64,000 nt of DNA from an uncultured bacterium (GCA_903847095.1 CAINCQ010000041.1:8292-72291); one strand, 5' to 3'. Shown: positions 46,967 to 57,557, counted from the first letter of the stretch. Made by a program: numbers and translations. Notes: generated by a model not told the origin, from the sequence alone.

Positions 46967-48102
46967 TTACTATGATAATATTTTTTAGCCTTGAGTTCAT
47001 CGGGTAAAAGATTACTTTTTGTATACATTTCATAACCTTGATGATAGCCCAAGTCTTTCATTAATTTCGTGGGGGCGTTGCGTAATTCCAGCGGAATAGG
47101 CAGGTTGCCCAATTCTTTGGCGTCAGCCAGGGCCGCAAGATAAGCGTCATACGCACTGCGGTTTTTTTGAGCCAGGCTTAAATAAGTAGCGCCGTGCGCG
47201 AGATTGATTCCCGCTTCCGGCATCCCGATAGTTTCAACGGCCCGGAAAACATTATTGGCCAAATTCAAAGCCGACGGATCGGCCAAACCGATATCTTCGG
47301 AAGCAAAAACGACCATCCGCCGGGCAATAAATTTTGGATCTTCACCGGAAGCGATCATTCTCGCCAGATAATACAAAGCGGCGTCGGGCTGGTTGGCGCG
47401 CATGCTCTTAATGAACGCACTGATCGTATTGAAATGTTCCTCACCCTTCTTGTCAAACCTCAGGAACCGGTTTTGAACCGTATCTTTCAGCGATTCCAGG
47501 GTTATTTCACCGTATAGTTGCATTGCGTTCTCCAGGACGGTTATCGCTTGGCGGGCATCGCCGTCGGCCATGCCAATCAGCCATTCTTTGGCGGGCGAGT
47601 CGATTTTGATCCCGGTGCGATCCAGGATCTTAGCCATTTCTTCTTTGGAAAGGCTGGCCAAGGTAAAAACCCGACAGCGGCTTAACAATGGCGAGATGAT
47701 TTCAAAGCTTGGATTTTCCGTGGTTGCTCCGACCAGGACGATTTCGCCGCGCTCGACGTAAGGAAGCAGAAAATCTTGTTGGGCCTTGTTGAAGCGGTGG
47801 ATCTCGTCCAAAAAAAGGACTTTGGTTTTGGCAAACAGACCGCCTTGAGCGGCGACGATCTTTTTTATATCATCCTTGCCGGCCGAGACCGCCGATAGAT
47901 TGTAAAGGTCCGCGCCTAAAGAGCCCGCGTAGATCTTGGCGAGCGTGGTCTTGCCTACTCCGGGCGGACCCCAGAGGATGAACGAAAAAATATGTTTTTT
48001 TTCGATCGCGGTTCGCAAGGGTTTCCCGGGGCCGACCAGGTGCGTTTGGCCCACAAATTCCTCAAGATTCTTGGGCCGTATTTTTGAGGCCAGCGGTTCC
48101 AT
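46963..48102 (-). CDS. rarA: Replication-associated recombination protein A
   Basis: PLA..RP..L.E.VGQ.HL, GPPGVGKTT, DEIHRFNKAQQD, ATTENPSF, ISAFIKS.R, SEDIGLADP. Confidence 0.96.
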   Translation of the reverse strand: MEPLASKIRPKNLEEFVGQTHLVGPGKPLRTAIEKKHIFSFILWGPPGVGKTTLAKIYAGSLGADLYNLSAVSAGKDDIKKIVAAQGGLFAKTKVLFLDEIHRFNKAQQDFLLPYVERGEIVLVGATTENPSFEIISPLLSRCRVFTLASLSKEEMAKILDRTGIKIDSPAKEWLIGMADGDARQAITVLENAMQLYGEITLESLKDTVQNRFLRFDKKGEEHFNTISAFIKSMRANQPDAALYYLARMIASGEDPKFIARRMVVFASEDIGLADPSALNLANNVFRAVETIGMPEAGINLAHGATYLSLAQKNRSAYDAYLAALADAKELGNLPIPLELRNAPTKLMKDLGYHQGYEMYTKSNLLPDELKAKKYYHSK

Positions 48103-48116
48103 ATGTTTTGCCTATC

Positions 48117-48602
48117 CTAGCAAAAAGGGAAAATTTTGGAAATGCTGGTAAAAAAAGAAATCCGCAGTTTTCTGCGGATTCTGGGGCTTTCTTCAAGATC
48201 GTGGATAAGCCAAAATATTCCCCCGATGTTCAACATCATCAGCCCGAAGGCGATATAAGCGAACCCAAATACTTGGAAAAGCGTTCTGGCGCCTATCGGA
48301 CAAAAGATCGCGTTGATACCCATTACCGCCAGCAGTATTGCCGGCACAAGCAATAAGGGTTGGGGTTTTTCGTTTTCTTTTCCTCCGGCCAAAAAACCGA
48401 AATAAAAGGCTCCCAAGATACAGCCGGCGCTCATTATCCACGCGGCTATCTGATAAGTCGATATCGCCACATACGTTCCGATGACAAGAGATTGGCTTGA
48501 TATCAGAATCGTCTCGGTGTTCCCCGAATGAGACACAAGCAATACCGTGCTGTAGATAAAGCCTACAAAGTTGGCAATAAGCCATAGATCCCTCAATTTC
48601 AT
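48117..48602 (-). CDS. Hypothetical 4-TM membrane protein
   Basis: Promoter TTGACA-16-TATAAT; likely start MKLRD at 48602. Confidence 0.7.
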   Translation of the reverse strand: MKLRDLWLIANFVGFIYSTVLLVSHSGNTETILISSQSLVIGTYVAISTYQIAAWIMSAGCILGAFYFGFLAGGKENEKPQPLLLVPAILLAVMGINAIFCPIGARTLFQVFGFAYIAFGLMMLNIGGIFWLIHDLEESPRIRRKLRISFFTSISKIFPFC

Positions 48603-48660
48603 ACGTTCCACCAACATTATTATACAGTCAATCCTCTATTTGTCAATCATTAAATATATA

Positions 48661-49857
48661 TCAGTTGGTTTGGCGGCCGGAACCGGATTGCAGGAGTGCC
48701 AGCTGTTTCTGAAGCGCGGCGATCTGCGCTTTCAGTTGCGAAATCAATGTTTTCAATTCTTCGATGGACAACCCGGCGTTTCCCGGTGAGGATGTTTTTG
48801 AAGCGTTTATATGAGCCGTCAAAACCGCGGCAAAATCGTTATCCTTGGGTATCTGGCAGGTGCCACTGGCCGGCGAGATTCCCGCGAGGGTCTGGTATTC
48901 GATCAGAGCGGACTGCGTTAATTTTCCGAAATAGCCGGTCGGGCCGGTGCAGGCCAACGCGCGCGCCGCCGATCCTTTGTTTTGGTTAATCAAAAAGGTT
49001 TGCAACGCCGCCACGCCGGCGTTTTGCGCTCCAAACGACAATGTGTTTCCGGAAACTTCGGTTCCGTTTTTACCGGTCTCTAATCTAGCCGAAAGAACGG
49101 CTGGAAGTTCAATGCCGCTATTTTGAGCCGCGTAAAGCTCGGCGGCGTAATTATCCGCCAGAAAAGCGGCCAGAATATTTTCGTTTTTAGATTCTTTGAG
49201 TATTTTTGAAACAAAGGATATTTTTTCTTGAAAATTAAAATCCGACAACAAGCGCGGATATGGATCGGTCGCGCCATTTTTCCTGATCTCAAAGTGCAGA
49301 TGAGCGGCTCCGCCGGCCGCGTTGCCGGTATTGCCCGCGAAACCGATCAGATCGCCGGGGTCCAAAATGTCGCCGGATTTTATGCCGGCAATGGAATCAA
49401 GGTGCATGTAAACGAATGTTTCTCCGCCCGGATTGGCGGTTGAAACGGTGTTTCCCGAACTCAAGCCGGTTCCCACGCTTAAAACCACCGCTTTTGTCGG
49501 TGAAACGACCGGGGCTCCTTTGGGTGCGGCGATATCCAATCCTTCATGTGTCCGGCTGTTGCTCCGCGCGTCCCCGAAGTTTGGTATAAGGTTCATCCGG
49601 TAAACCCCAAAAAGCACGGGGATCTTTACGGTTTCCGCGGGTTTACCGCCGAGCTGCCCGATGGTTTTTTTCAGGGAGGCGGACGAGAATGGCGATTCGA
49701 GAATCTCAAGAGCTTCCAGGCCGTTCCACTGACCGTAGGTTTCCATTGAGATGGCGGTTTCCGCCGTTGAGGTTGCCGATTCGGCCCGGATGGGCGATGT
49801 CGATGGCAATACGAGCATAATCGAGCAGATCAACCCCAAAAATACGAATTTTTTCAT
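48661..49857 (-). CDS. M23 metallopeptidase with peptidoglycan-binding domain
   Basis: Signal peptide; HEGLDI, YMHL, GNTG, HLHFE; L..G.....V.ALQ.FL...TGYFG.LT..AL..YQ; C-terminal coiled coil. Confidence 0.9.
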   Translation of the reverse strand: MKKFVFLGLICSIMLVLPSTSPIRAESATSTAETAISMETYGQWNGLEALEILESPFSSASLKKTIGQLGGKPAETVKIPVLFGVYRMNLIPNFGDARSNSRTHEGLDIAAPKGAPVVSPTKAVVLSVGTGLSSGNTVSTANPGGETFVYMHLDSIAGIKSGDILDPGDLIGFAGNTGNAAGGAAHLHFEIRKNGATDPYPRLLSDFNFQEKISFVSKILKESKNENILAAFLADNYAAELYAAQNSGIELPAVLSARLETGKNGTEVSGNTLSFGAQNAGVAALQTFLINQNKGSAARALACTGPTGYFGKLTQSALIEYQTLAGISPASGTCQIPKDNDFAAVLTAHINASKTSSPGNAGLSIEELKTLISQLKAQIAALQKQLALLQSGSGRQTN

Positions 49858-49967
49858 TGCTTTTTTATTGTAGCATATTCGGTACGATGTTTTGAACAAA
49901 AAAAAGACGTTTAGCGTCTTTTTGGTGTTTTCAAGTTGGGGGCGGTTAAACAACTTTTTGGCGAAAG

Positions 49968-50174
49968 CTATTGCCGGATCGGTTTAAGCGATGCCATTTT
50001 TTTCTCCCATCGATAGCGTAAATAAGAGCAATCGAACAAAATCAGGAAGATCAAGCCGGCGATCAAGGCCGTAGCCACGTTGAGGTTGACGATCGACAGA
50101 CTGTACAGGCATAGCACTATTAATAATCCCCACGTTGAGCGAAGTGCCAGTTTATATTCATAGTAATCTTGCAT
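49968..50174 (-). CDS. Small 2-TM hypothetical protein
   Basis: GGAGG 8 nt before ATG 50174. Confidence 0.65.
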   Translation of the reverse strand: MQDYYEYKLALRSTWGLLIVLCLYSLSIVNLNVATALIAGLIFLILFDCSYLRYRWEKKMASLKPIRQ

Positions 50175-50302
50175 GTGTTTTTCCTCCAACCGTTTTAAAG
50201 AGCTTTTACTAACTTGTAATATTTTTTTATATTTTTTTCAAGTTATTTCCGGTTAAGGTTATAAAAAAATCCTTAAGTTGATTAAGGATTATTGGTTTGC
50301 GA

Positions 50303-50956
50303 TCAGCTCAGGGCTTGAATCGACAGGCGGGATTGATACCGGTTTTCCAGGTACCAGTCCACTTTATTCCAATCGATCGTGGAGTTCGCGACCGCTCCCC
50401 CTTTCAGGTACTGGTAGTCGTAGGCGGTATTGATGGTCGGGTATCGGTGCTTAAGCGTCGCTATTAGCTGGGCCATTTTTTGGAGCTGGATTTCATTGGG
50501 ACCAGGCAGAACGGGTTTACCCGTCTGGTTGGATAGTTTCCTAGCCACGGTCTCGTTTAGGGCGATAACCCTGATGCCAAGCGTATCCGCGTTATGTCCG
50601 CGCGCATGCCAGACATTATCGCCGTCATCGGCCAATTGCCAGATCACGCCATCCCGGAGGATCACATAATTCACGAGGACACTGGCATCGTGAAGCTCTT
50701 TTACGGCATAGAACGGGTTGTAAAGGTCGCACGTACTTAAATTGCCCTGGTCGCATCCGGCTATATTGAACAGATAATAAGCTTCGATGCCAGTAAGGTT
50801 CGCGGTTTGATTTGCGCTATAGTGTCCCCACTGAGCGTATATGGCTACTATGTCGCTGTCGTTTATTAGGCTTACGTTGCACATACATTCTGTCGCGCCG
50901 GCCGGAAAAAATAGAAATAAAATTGCCGGCAATACAGCCAATATCATTTTACTCAC
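50303..50956 (-). CDS. Secreted Amidase_2/PGRP-fold protein, apparently lacking Zn ligands
   Basis: NYVILRDG.I.QL, WHA.G.N..TLGI, P...Q.....LI..L...YP; promoter TTGACA-16-TATAAT; GAGGTGA SD. Confidence 0.7.
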   Translation of the reverse strand: MSKMILAVLPAILFLFFPAGATECMCNVSLINDSDIVAIYAQWGHYSANQTANLTGIEAYYLFNIAGCDQGNLSTCDLYNPFYAVKELHDASVLVNYVILRDGVIWQLADDGDNVWHARGHNADTLGIRVIALNETVARKLSNQTGKPVLPGPNEIQLQKMAQLIATLKHRYPTINTAYDYQYLKGGAVANSTIDWNKVDWYLENRYQSRLSIQALS

Positions 50957-51102
50957 GTCTATTTCACCTCATTGTGCCAAATTGACAAATGGCTGTTGCT
51001 ATTATATTCGATTACTTTAGGCTGTCAATAATATTGATAGCGAATTCGAAGAAAATAAAAGCCCCGCTTTCGAAATGCGGGGCGTTTTTGGCAAGCTACA
51101 AT

Positions 51103-51495
51103 CTAATATAGGTCTATGCTATCCATGCCGAACCAGAAACATTTAGCCAGTCCCTTGGAGAAAAGCAGCCAGTCGATTTTTTGCGCCAAAAGATCATTCA
51201 ATTTTTCGGCGTATTCCCGCTGGTCCGCATAGGACCTAAAAAGAAAACCTACTATTCCTCCTGGTTGAACCTGCATCACAATGAGCTTATCGTTAGAGTG
51301 CAATATCGAACCTAGCCGAAGTTCCGCGATATAATGGGGGTCACTAACTATCACATCGACCACATGGTCCATAAGTTCTTCGACCGGATACTGAATCAAT
51401 AATTTTTTTGATTCGCCAGCCACGACCTCGTCGTATAGCACAATGATCTGCGCCAACAGGCTCGGGGTCAGGCTCATTAGGCTGATACCAATCAC
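51103..51495 (-). CDS. Hypothetical protein
   Basis: GAGGAGG 8 nt before GTG; terminator GCCCCGC-N9-GCGGGGC at 51061-51083. Confidence 0.7.
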   Translation of the reverse strand: MIGISLMSLTPSLLAQIIVLYDEVVAGESKKLLIQYPVEELMDHVVDVIVSDPHYIAELRLGSILHSNDKLIVMQVQPGGIVGFLFRSYADQREYAEKLNDLLAQKIDWLLFSKGLAKCFWFGMDSIDLY

Positions 51496-51580
51496 TTTTT
51501 AATCCTCCTCGATACCTGATATTATCTTGCATCTAAAAAAGAAGAAATGTCAATTATCGGTAATCTTGGTTAAGCCTTGA

Positions 51581-51832
51581 TCACTTCGTTTCGGGACAAC
51601 CAACCAGTCTTAATTTTTTTTCCCGGCTCCAGCTTTTGATCTCCGCTTCCCTTTTTGACGCTTCCGACCTGGTTTTAAACCGTTCGGTATGAACGATCGA
51701 TTCCGCCTTGCGTGATGCGGTGTAATGCCCTCCCTTTTTATTTTTATGTTCGTTAAACCTCCGTTCCACGTCAGTGGTGATTCCGGTATAGACGCTGTTA
51801 TCGGAACATCGCAACAGATAGACGAAGTACAT
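51581..51832 (-). CDS. GIY-YIG nuclease (UPF0213/YhbQ-like)
   Basis: YFVYLLRCSD.S.YTGITTD..RR..EH...GG.YT, RSEA.KRE..IK; TAATG overlap with the upstream exonuclease. Confidence 0.92.
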   Translation of the reverse strand: MYFVYLLRCSDNSVYTGITTDVERRFNEHKNKKGGHYTASRKAESIVHTERFKTRSEASKREAEIKSWSREKKLRLVGCPETK

Positions 51833-52401
51833 TATATTATTCCCCGCCGTTTCATTTCCCAAAAACACTTGGCGGTTATTTTGATATCCGCCGCGGCGTT
51901 GTGCGCTTCGGCAAAGTCGCATTTGAAAAGCTCGTGATGCAGTTCCGAGAGCTTTGGCCATTTATATCCGTATGGGCTTTCGATCGCACAATATTCGGTA
52001 CCGGACCTCATCGTGCAAATCATTTTTTTTCCATCCAGGTGATTTTTCATTCCGTTGCGTAAAAATTCCGCGCCGACGATTTTTTCATCGAAACCGACAT
52101 TATGACCCACTAAAAATTCAGCGCCCGCGATCACCTCTTCGAATTCCTTCAGTATGACGCGCAACGATCCACCCTCCTTAATTGCTCTTTGAGTCGTGAT
52201 CCCGTGGACTTGAGCCGCCACATCGGGAATTTCGAATCCGACCGGTTTAATAATGTAATTTCTGCTCAATATTTCTTTGCCATTGTTATCGTGAAGGATC
52301 CAAGCCGCTTGGATCATCCGCGGCCAGTTGCCTACATCCTCAACTGGCGCTCTCCAGCTTAAGGGCAGTCCCGTAGTTTCGGTATCGAAGAATAAATACA
52401 T
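51832..52401 (-). CDS. DEDDh 3'-5' exonuclease
   Basis: FFDTETTGLP, HGIT, GHN..FD, PKL.EL, AHNA.AD. Confidence 0.93.
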   Translation of the reverse strand: MYLFFDTETTGLPLSWRAPVEDVGNWPRMIQAAWILHDNNGKEILSRNYIIKPVGFEIPDVAAQVHGITTQRAIKEGGSLRVILKEFEEVIAGAEFLVGHNVGFDEKIVGAEFLRNGMKNHLDGKKMICTMRSGTEYCAIESPYGYKWPKLSELHHELFKCDFAEAHNAAADIKITAKCFWEMKRRGII

Positions 52402-52521
52402 AATAATTTTTTTGCCTACGCGATTATTTTATACCGTCTGGACCGAACAAACAACCCTTACTCAAATCGGCCTGAGCAGAACTCTTGCCGGTGGGCGTGG
52501 CTAAAAACATCGGTGAACCAT

Positions 52522-53370
52522 TTAACTTAATAGAATAATCCCAATCGCGGCAATCGCGGCAGCAAAAAGCTTTTTTGGCAGATTATTTTTTTCATCAAGG
52601 AAAACCGCGGCCAGTATTACCGTTAAAATAATCGATGTTTCGAGGGTCGGGCTTACCTGTGAGGCGTTTCCTCCCGAGGACAGTGCGTAATAATCGGAAA
52701 GGGTGGCAATTGAATAGACTGCGCACAAAAGAAGCATTTTCATAAATAAACCTTTCTGCCACATTGGTTTTAATTCCAGCAATAGCCTTGGTCTGATGAT
52801 TAAAAATGGCAGGGCCGGCAATAAGAACGCCAATACCGCGTAAGAAATAGTATCGACGGACCGCAATATATAGGCGTCATTGGCGAACGCGGTTCCCCAG
52901 AAAAAAGCAGCAGCCAGCGCGTAAAAAGTTCCTTTGTTTATCCCTCTTAATTCCTTGGTTGCGGAAACCAGGATGACCGAGAAAAAAATCAGAATAGCGC
53001 CGATGGCTTTGGCTGCACTAAAGGTCTCTCCCAGAAAGAGCAAAGCAAAAATGATCGTATAAAGCACGCGAGTGGAAAATATTATGGTAACTTCGGCCGC
53101 GGGCGCGGATTGGAACGCCTTGAACAAAAACCAGGTACCGGCGGCGTAAAAGCCTGTCATCAACGAATAATTCAGCCAAAGATCACCGATTGGTGGCATC
53201 GTAAAACCATGAAAAAAAGCGAAAATCCCGATTAATATCGAGCAATATAACTGAAAAACGAACGAAAAAGCGAAGGCGTCGCTTTTATCACCCTTTAGCA
53301 ATGCCCTTTCCAATATATTGGATATTGCTATACCGATGACTCCGATAATCGCGAAAAACAACCAATTCAT
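52522..53370 (-). CDS. EamA/DMT-family transporter
   Basis: Ten TMs in two repeats ending FLGE and FLDE. Confidence 0.88.
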   Translation of the reverse strand: MNWLFFAIIGVIGIAISNILERALLKGDKSDAFAFSFVFQLYCSILIGIFAFFHGFTMPPIGDLWLNYSLMTGFYAAGTWFLFKAFQSAPAAEVTIIFSTRVLYTIIFALLFLGETFSAAKAIGAILIFFSVILVSATKELRGINKGTFYALAAAFFWGTAFANDAYILRSVDTISYAVLAFLLPALPFLIIRPRLLLELKPMWQKGLFMKMLLLCAVYSIATLSDYYALSSGGNASQVSPTLETSIILTVILAAVFLDEKNNLPKKLFAAAIAAIGIILLS

Positions 53371-53522
53371 AAGATTAAGTAATTAATAATTGTATCATTT
53401 TAAAAGCCGGATAAACAATTAACATAAACGATGATTCAAGGGATTTTTCATCAATATTTAATCTTGTCGGCCAAAAAAGACGACAAAAAAACGGGGTTTC
53501 CCCCGTTTTGTTGCGATCAAGT

Positions 53523-54740
53523 TTATTCGATAAAAGTTAGCGCTTTGCCGAATTTGTTATTCCGGCCGGTGCGCCCGATGCGATGGATGTAGTCATCGTA
53601 AGTTTCGGGAAGGTCGTAGTTGATCACATGGGTAATGTCGGCAATATCCAAGCCGCGGGCCGCGACATCGGTCGCGACCAAAATGTTGACGGAATTTTGT
53701 TTAAACATTTCCAAGGCTCTCTGTCTTTTGGAGAAATTCTTGTTTCCGTGGATCGATTCGGCCTTGAATCCCCTTTTGACCAAGGTTTCATAAAGATGTT
53801 CCACCCCGTATTTCGTCCGTCCGAAAATCAAAACTTTGGCGAATTCCTCCTTTCTGAGGAGATTATGCAGTGTTTCGATCTTGCTTTTCCCGCTGGCCAC
53901 CTTAACCACGTCCTGTTCGACGTTTCTTGACGTATCGCGGGTTTTAATAGCGATCTTTACGGGTTCGCGTAAAAATTCCCCGATCAGAGAATCGATCCTT
54001 GGCGACATAGTGGCCGAGAATAGAAGCGTTTGCCGGTCTTGCGGCATTCTGGCCATCAAAAAGCGCATATCCTCGACGAATCCCATATCAAGCATCCGGT
54101 CGGCTTCGTCCAACACAATAGTCTTGAATTTTGAAAGATTGATCCGGTTTCGTTCAATGAGGTCTTTAAGCCTTCCGGGCGTGCCGACAATAAAGCTATT
54201 CTCGAAACCCAACTCGTACAACTGGCGGGAATAGCTGGTGCCTCCAACACAACATGCGGAAAAAATATGCAATCCTTTGGCGAATTCCTTGAGTTCCTTA
54301 TTGATCTGGTCGGCCAATTCCCGTGTCGGAGTAACGATTAAAACTTTATTTAATTTGCTGGCAAGCGCTTTATTGATAAGCGGTATCAGAAACGCGGCGG
54401 TTTTGCCCGTTCCTGTGTCGGCGATACCGACGACATCGGCTCCTTTAAGAACCGGGGGGATCGCCAGTACTTGGATCGGAGTGGCGGTGAAGTATCCCCG
54501 GCTTTCTATCCGGTGTTTTAATTGTTTATCGAGCGCGAAATCCTGGAATTTGCAATCGGTTGTAAGGTTCTTCTCTTTTTGATCCATTACCGCCTTGTTC
54601 ACGAATCTCGCGGGATCGATCTTAACGCCACGGCCTCTTTTGGGACTGGCAAAAGACCGGCTTTTCTGGCTCCGGCTCGGCCGCGCCGAATAGGTCGGTT
54701 TAAAATAACTTTTTTTCTTCGTCATAAAATATGCTTCCAT
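53523..54740 (-). CDS. DEAD-box RNA helicase
   Basis: TPIQ, A.TGTGKT, PTRELA, TPGRL, DEAD, SAT, ARGLD, HRIGRTGR. Confidence 0.96.
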   Translation of the reverse strand: MEAYFMTKKKSYFKPTYSARPSRSQKSRSFASPKRGRGVKIDPARFVNKAVMDQKEKNLTTDCKFQDFALDKQLKHRIESRGYFTATPIQVLAIPPVLKGADVVGIADTGTGKTAAFLIPLINKALASKLNKVLIVTPTRELADQINKELKEFAKGLHIFSACCVGGTSYSRQLYELGFENSFIVGTPGRLKDLIERNRINLSKFKTIVLDEADRMLDMGFVEDMRFLMARMPQDRQTLLFSATMSPRIDSLIGEFLREPVKIAIKTRDTSRNVEQDVVKVASGKSKIETLHNLLRKEEFAKVLIFGRTKYGVEHLYETLVKRGFKAESIHGNKNFSKRQRALEMFKQNSVNILVATDVAARGLDIADITHVINYDLPETYDDYIHRIGRTGRNNKFGKALTFIE

Positions 54741-55027
54741 AGAATTTGTCCATAACTTCCAGCCCCTTATGCTTTAAGTTTTTTTGAAAACAATTAAAAA
54801 GCCGGCCAGTACAAGATCGCCAGTTAATTTCTTTAGATAAAAGGCCTTGTTTACCGGCCTCAAGCAAGCGCGAGCGCGCTTGCCAAACATCGAAAAACCA
54901 ACGAGATTTAAGTTATCCTTAATAATACACCAAAGCGTTATTTTTGTCAAGGATAGGGCCTTTGGGGTTTGGTTTTGATGATCGAAAAACAAAAAAAGAA
55001 AAGTGCTTTTTGAGCACTTTTGCGCGA

Positions 55028-55912
55028 TCATTTTAATCGCGAATCATATTCCTCCAACAGGCTTGACAAGGAGCGTTTTGTTGTCGAGTTGTACGCTTTC
55101 CGCCAGATTTCGTCCTGTTCCGATATACTGGATCCCATTTTTATCAGCGGGATCGCCAGGACCTTGGATACACCGTCGATCTTTGCCCACATAATCAAGA
55201 CCGAGATCGGATCAGAACTGACCCGCGATAACTTGATCAGCTTTTCCGCTTCCGTAATGAGCGCCGTTTGAGCACCGTTTTTCGCTAAATCTTGAGACTT
55301 AATTCCCAGCTCCGTCCCTAAACTTGCGCGGTAAAGATCGGTTTCTTCCGCTTGATACTGGAAGATGTCTCCGGGGGTTATATTGCCCCGGTGCGCGAAA
55401 ATGTATAGGAAGGCCATCTCCGCGTTTATGGGCCGATTCCGGCAGAACTTGCGGGCGTTTTTCGCCATCAGACGCCACAATTCGGTTGCCTTTTTTTCCT
55501 CGCTTTTTTTGATGAGCTGGGTCAGCTCGGCGCGGGTAAGAACGGGAAGGCGCGCATCGCAAGCTTCTTTCGTTTCTTCCGGATTATCCCTATTGTCGGA
55601 TACAAAGTAAGCATGACCCTTGGTGATGACGAGGTGGGCATGTTTTACAATGTATTCAATGTCGGGATCACAAAAGGAGTATCCCATACTGGGCCCTTCG
55701 GTAATGGTGATGAAAATTTCACCCTTATCGATCACTCGGGAGATTTTTTCGATATCGTTAAGACTTAAATCTCCGTTTCCGACTCGTTCCCCATTCTGGT
55801 TGAACCAGAAATTGTTTTTAACGACCATCTGGCCTAATTGTCTCCGATTGCCGGCGTAGAGTCCCAGTTCATTGGGCGCTCTCTGCTCAAACATTCTTGC
55901 AGTCAATTTCAC
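55028..55912 (-). CDS. Hypothetical protein
   Basis: Perfect TTGACA(55958-55953)-17-TATAAT promoter; AAGGTGA SD before GTG; motif WFN..GE.VG.GDLS..D. Confidence 0.8.
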   Translation of the reverse strand: MKLTARMFEQRAPNELGLYAGNRRQLGQMVVKNNFWFNQNGERVGNGDLSLNDIEKISRVIDKGEIFITITEGPSMGYSFCDPDIEYIVKHAHLVITKGHAYFVSDNRDNPEETKEACDARLPVLTRAELTQLIKKSEEKKATELWRLMAKNARKFCRNRPINAEMAFLYIFAHRGNITPGDIFQYQAEETDLYRASLGTELGIKSQDLAKNGAQTALITEAEKLIKLSRVSSDPISVLIMWAKIDGVSKVLAIPLIKMGSSISEQDEIWRKAYNSTTKRSLSSLLEEYDSRLK

Positions 55913-56033
55913 TTACTTCACCTTATAAGATTATAATATATTTTTTGTATAATGTCAAGCCAAGAAAAAAAGCCGTTTTTCACGGTTTTTATTCAAAAAT
56001 TACACCGGTATCAAGTCTTGCCGGGAACTGTAA

Positions 56034-57443
56034 TCAAAACTCAACGCTTTTTCCCATTGCCGGTATATCGATATGCACTTCCGCAAAAGAGCTCTCCGCC
56101 CGTTTTTTAAAGGCCAGGGCCTGCGGTAGTTCATTGTGGACCAAAAAAAGATTTATCAGGCCCGACGTATGTCCGGCGTACGCCAGAAGATCGTTTTGGT
56201 CCGCGTGGGCGCTTAATTCGTTAAGGACGATGATTTTGGCGCGTACGTCGTAAAGATCGCCGTAAATCCTTATCGGGGTGACCCCTTCCAATATTTTTCG
56301 GCCCAAAGTGTGTTCGGCTTGGTAGCCCGTAATAAGAATTATATTATTGGGATCACCGACGTTTTTTTTCAAATGATGCAATATCCTTCCGCCTTCGGCC
56401 ATTCCCGAAGCGGCGATGACCATGAAAGGTATTTTCATGTTATTAAGGGCTTTCGACTCTTCGACGGAACGGACGTTGATCAAGTTAATGAAAGAAAAAG
56501 GAGCTTCCCCTTCGTTGCCGAAATCCTTCCAGAATTGATCATCAAAATATTCGGTGCTGTGGGAGAAAACCTTGGTAATGTCGTCAGCCAGCGGGCTGTC
56601 GACATAAATCGGCAAGGGAGGGATGGCTTTTTGGTCGGTAAGGTTGTGGAGGATATAAATGAGCTCCTGTATCCGGCCTAACGAAAAGGCCGGTACAATG
56701 ATCCTGCTTTTCGTCCTAACCGCCCCATTGACGATATTTTTCAATTGTTCGATTACTTCCGCCACCGGCCTATGGATCCGCCCGCCGTAGGTGCATTCCA
56801 TCAGCAGGGTTGGGACGTTTTCTTGGATGATTTCGGGCGAACGCAAGATGGGAAGGTCGTCCCTGCCCAGATCGCCGGTATAAGCCATTGTTTTTACAAT
56901 ACCGTTTTCCTTGATTTCCAACACCGTGACCGCCGAACCCAGAATATGCCCGGCATCATAAAATTTGAAACGGATGTTACCGTTCAGATCCGTCCATTTG
57001 TTGCTTTTACTGAAATACGGAACCGTTTGGAACCGTTTAACTACTTTTTCGACATCCTCGATCGTATAGAAAGGCGTTATGAGCGCTTGGCCGTTATTCC
57101 TTATATGGGCGTTGTGGTAATCGCAATCGGATTTTTGGATGGCCGCGGAATTCAACAAAATAAACCGCGCGATTTCCGCCGTAGCTCCGGTGCAGTATAT
57201 CCGTCCCTTAAACCCGTCCCTTATCATTACCGGTAACGTTCCGCAATGGTCAAGGTGCGCGTGAGACAGGATAACCGCGTCTATCTGTTCCGCCCGAAAG
57301 GGAAGATTTCTATTCAATTGATCGGCAACGACCCTATCGCCTTGATAAAAACCGCAATCAAGAAGTAGATTATATCCTTCCGACTGGATCAGGTGTTTAG
57401 AACCGGTAACGGTTTGAGCCGCGCCCCAAAAAGTTATTTTCAT
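56034..57443 (-). CDS. MBL-fold beta-CASP ribonuclease
   Basis: GAA..VTGS, LLDCG, SHAHLDHCG, AGHILG, TGDLG, ECTYG, SGMAEGGRI.HHL, SAHAD. Confidence 0.93.
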   Translation of the reverse strand: MKITFWGAAQTVTGSKHLIQSEGYNLLLDCGFYQGDRVVADQLNRNLPFRAEQIDAVILSHAHLDHCGTLPVMIRDGFKGRIYCTGATAEIARFILLNSAAIQKSDCDYHNAHIRNNGQALITPFYTIEDVEKVVKRFQTVPYFSKSNKWTDLNGNIRFKFYDAGHILGSAVTVLEIKENGIVKTMAYTGDLGRDDLPILRSPEIIQENVPTLLMECTYGGRIHRPVAEVIEQLKNIVNGAVRTKSRIIVPAFSLGRIQELIYILHNLTDQKAIPPLPIYVDSPLADDITKVFSHSTEYFDDQFWKDFGNEGEAPFSFINLINVRSVEESKALNNMKIPFMVIAASGMAEGGRILHHLKKNVGDPNNIILITGYQAEHTLGRKILEGVTPIRIYGDLYDVRAKIIVLNELSAHADQNDLLAYAGHTSGLINLFLVHNELPQALAFKKRAESSFAEVHIDIPAMGKSVEF

Positions 57444-57557
57444 GGTCTTTGATTGCGATTCATTTTTCTCATTGTACCAAAAACACCGGAGATACCAAAG
57501 CAATTTACTTGACAGTAATGTAAATACATATTATTGTCCGGACAGAAAGGAGGTCGA

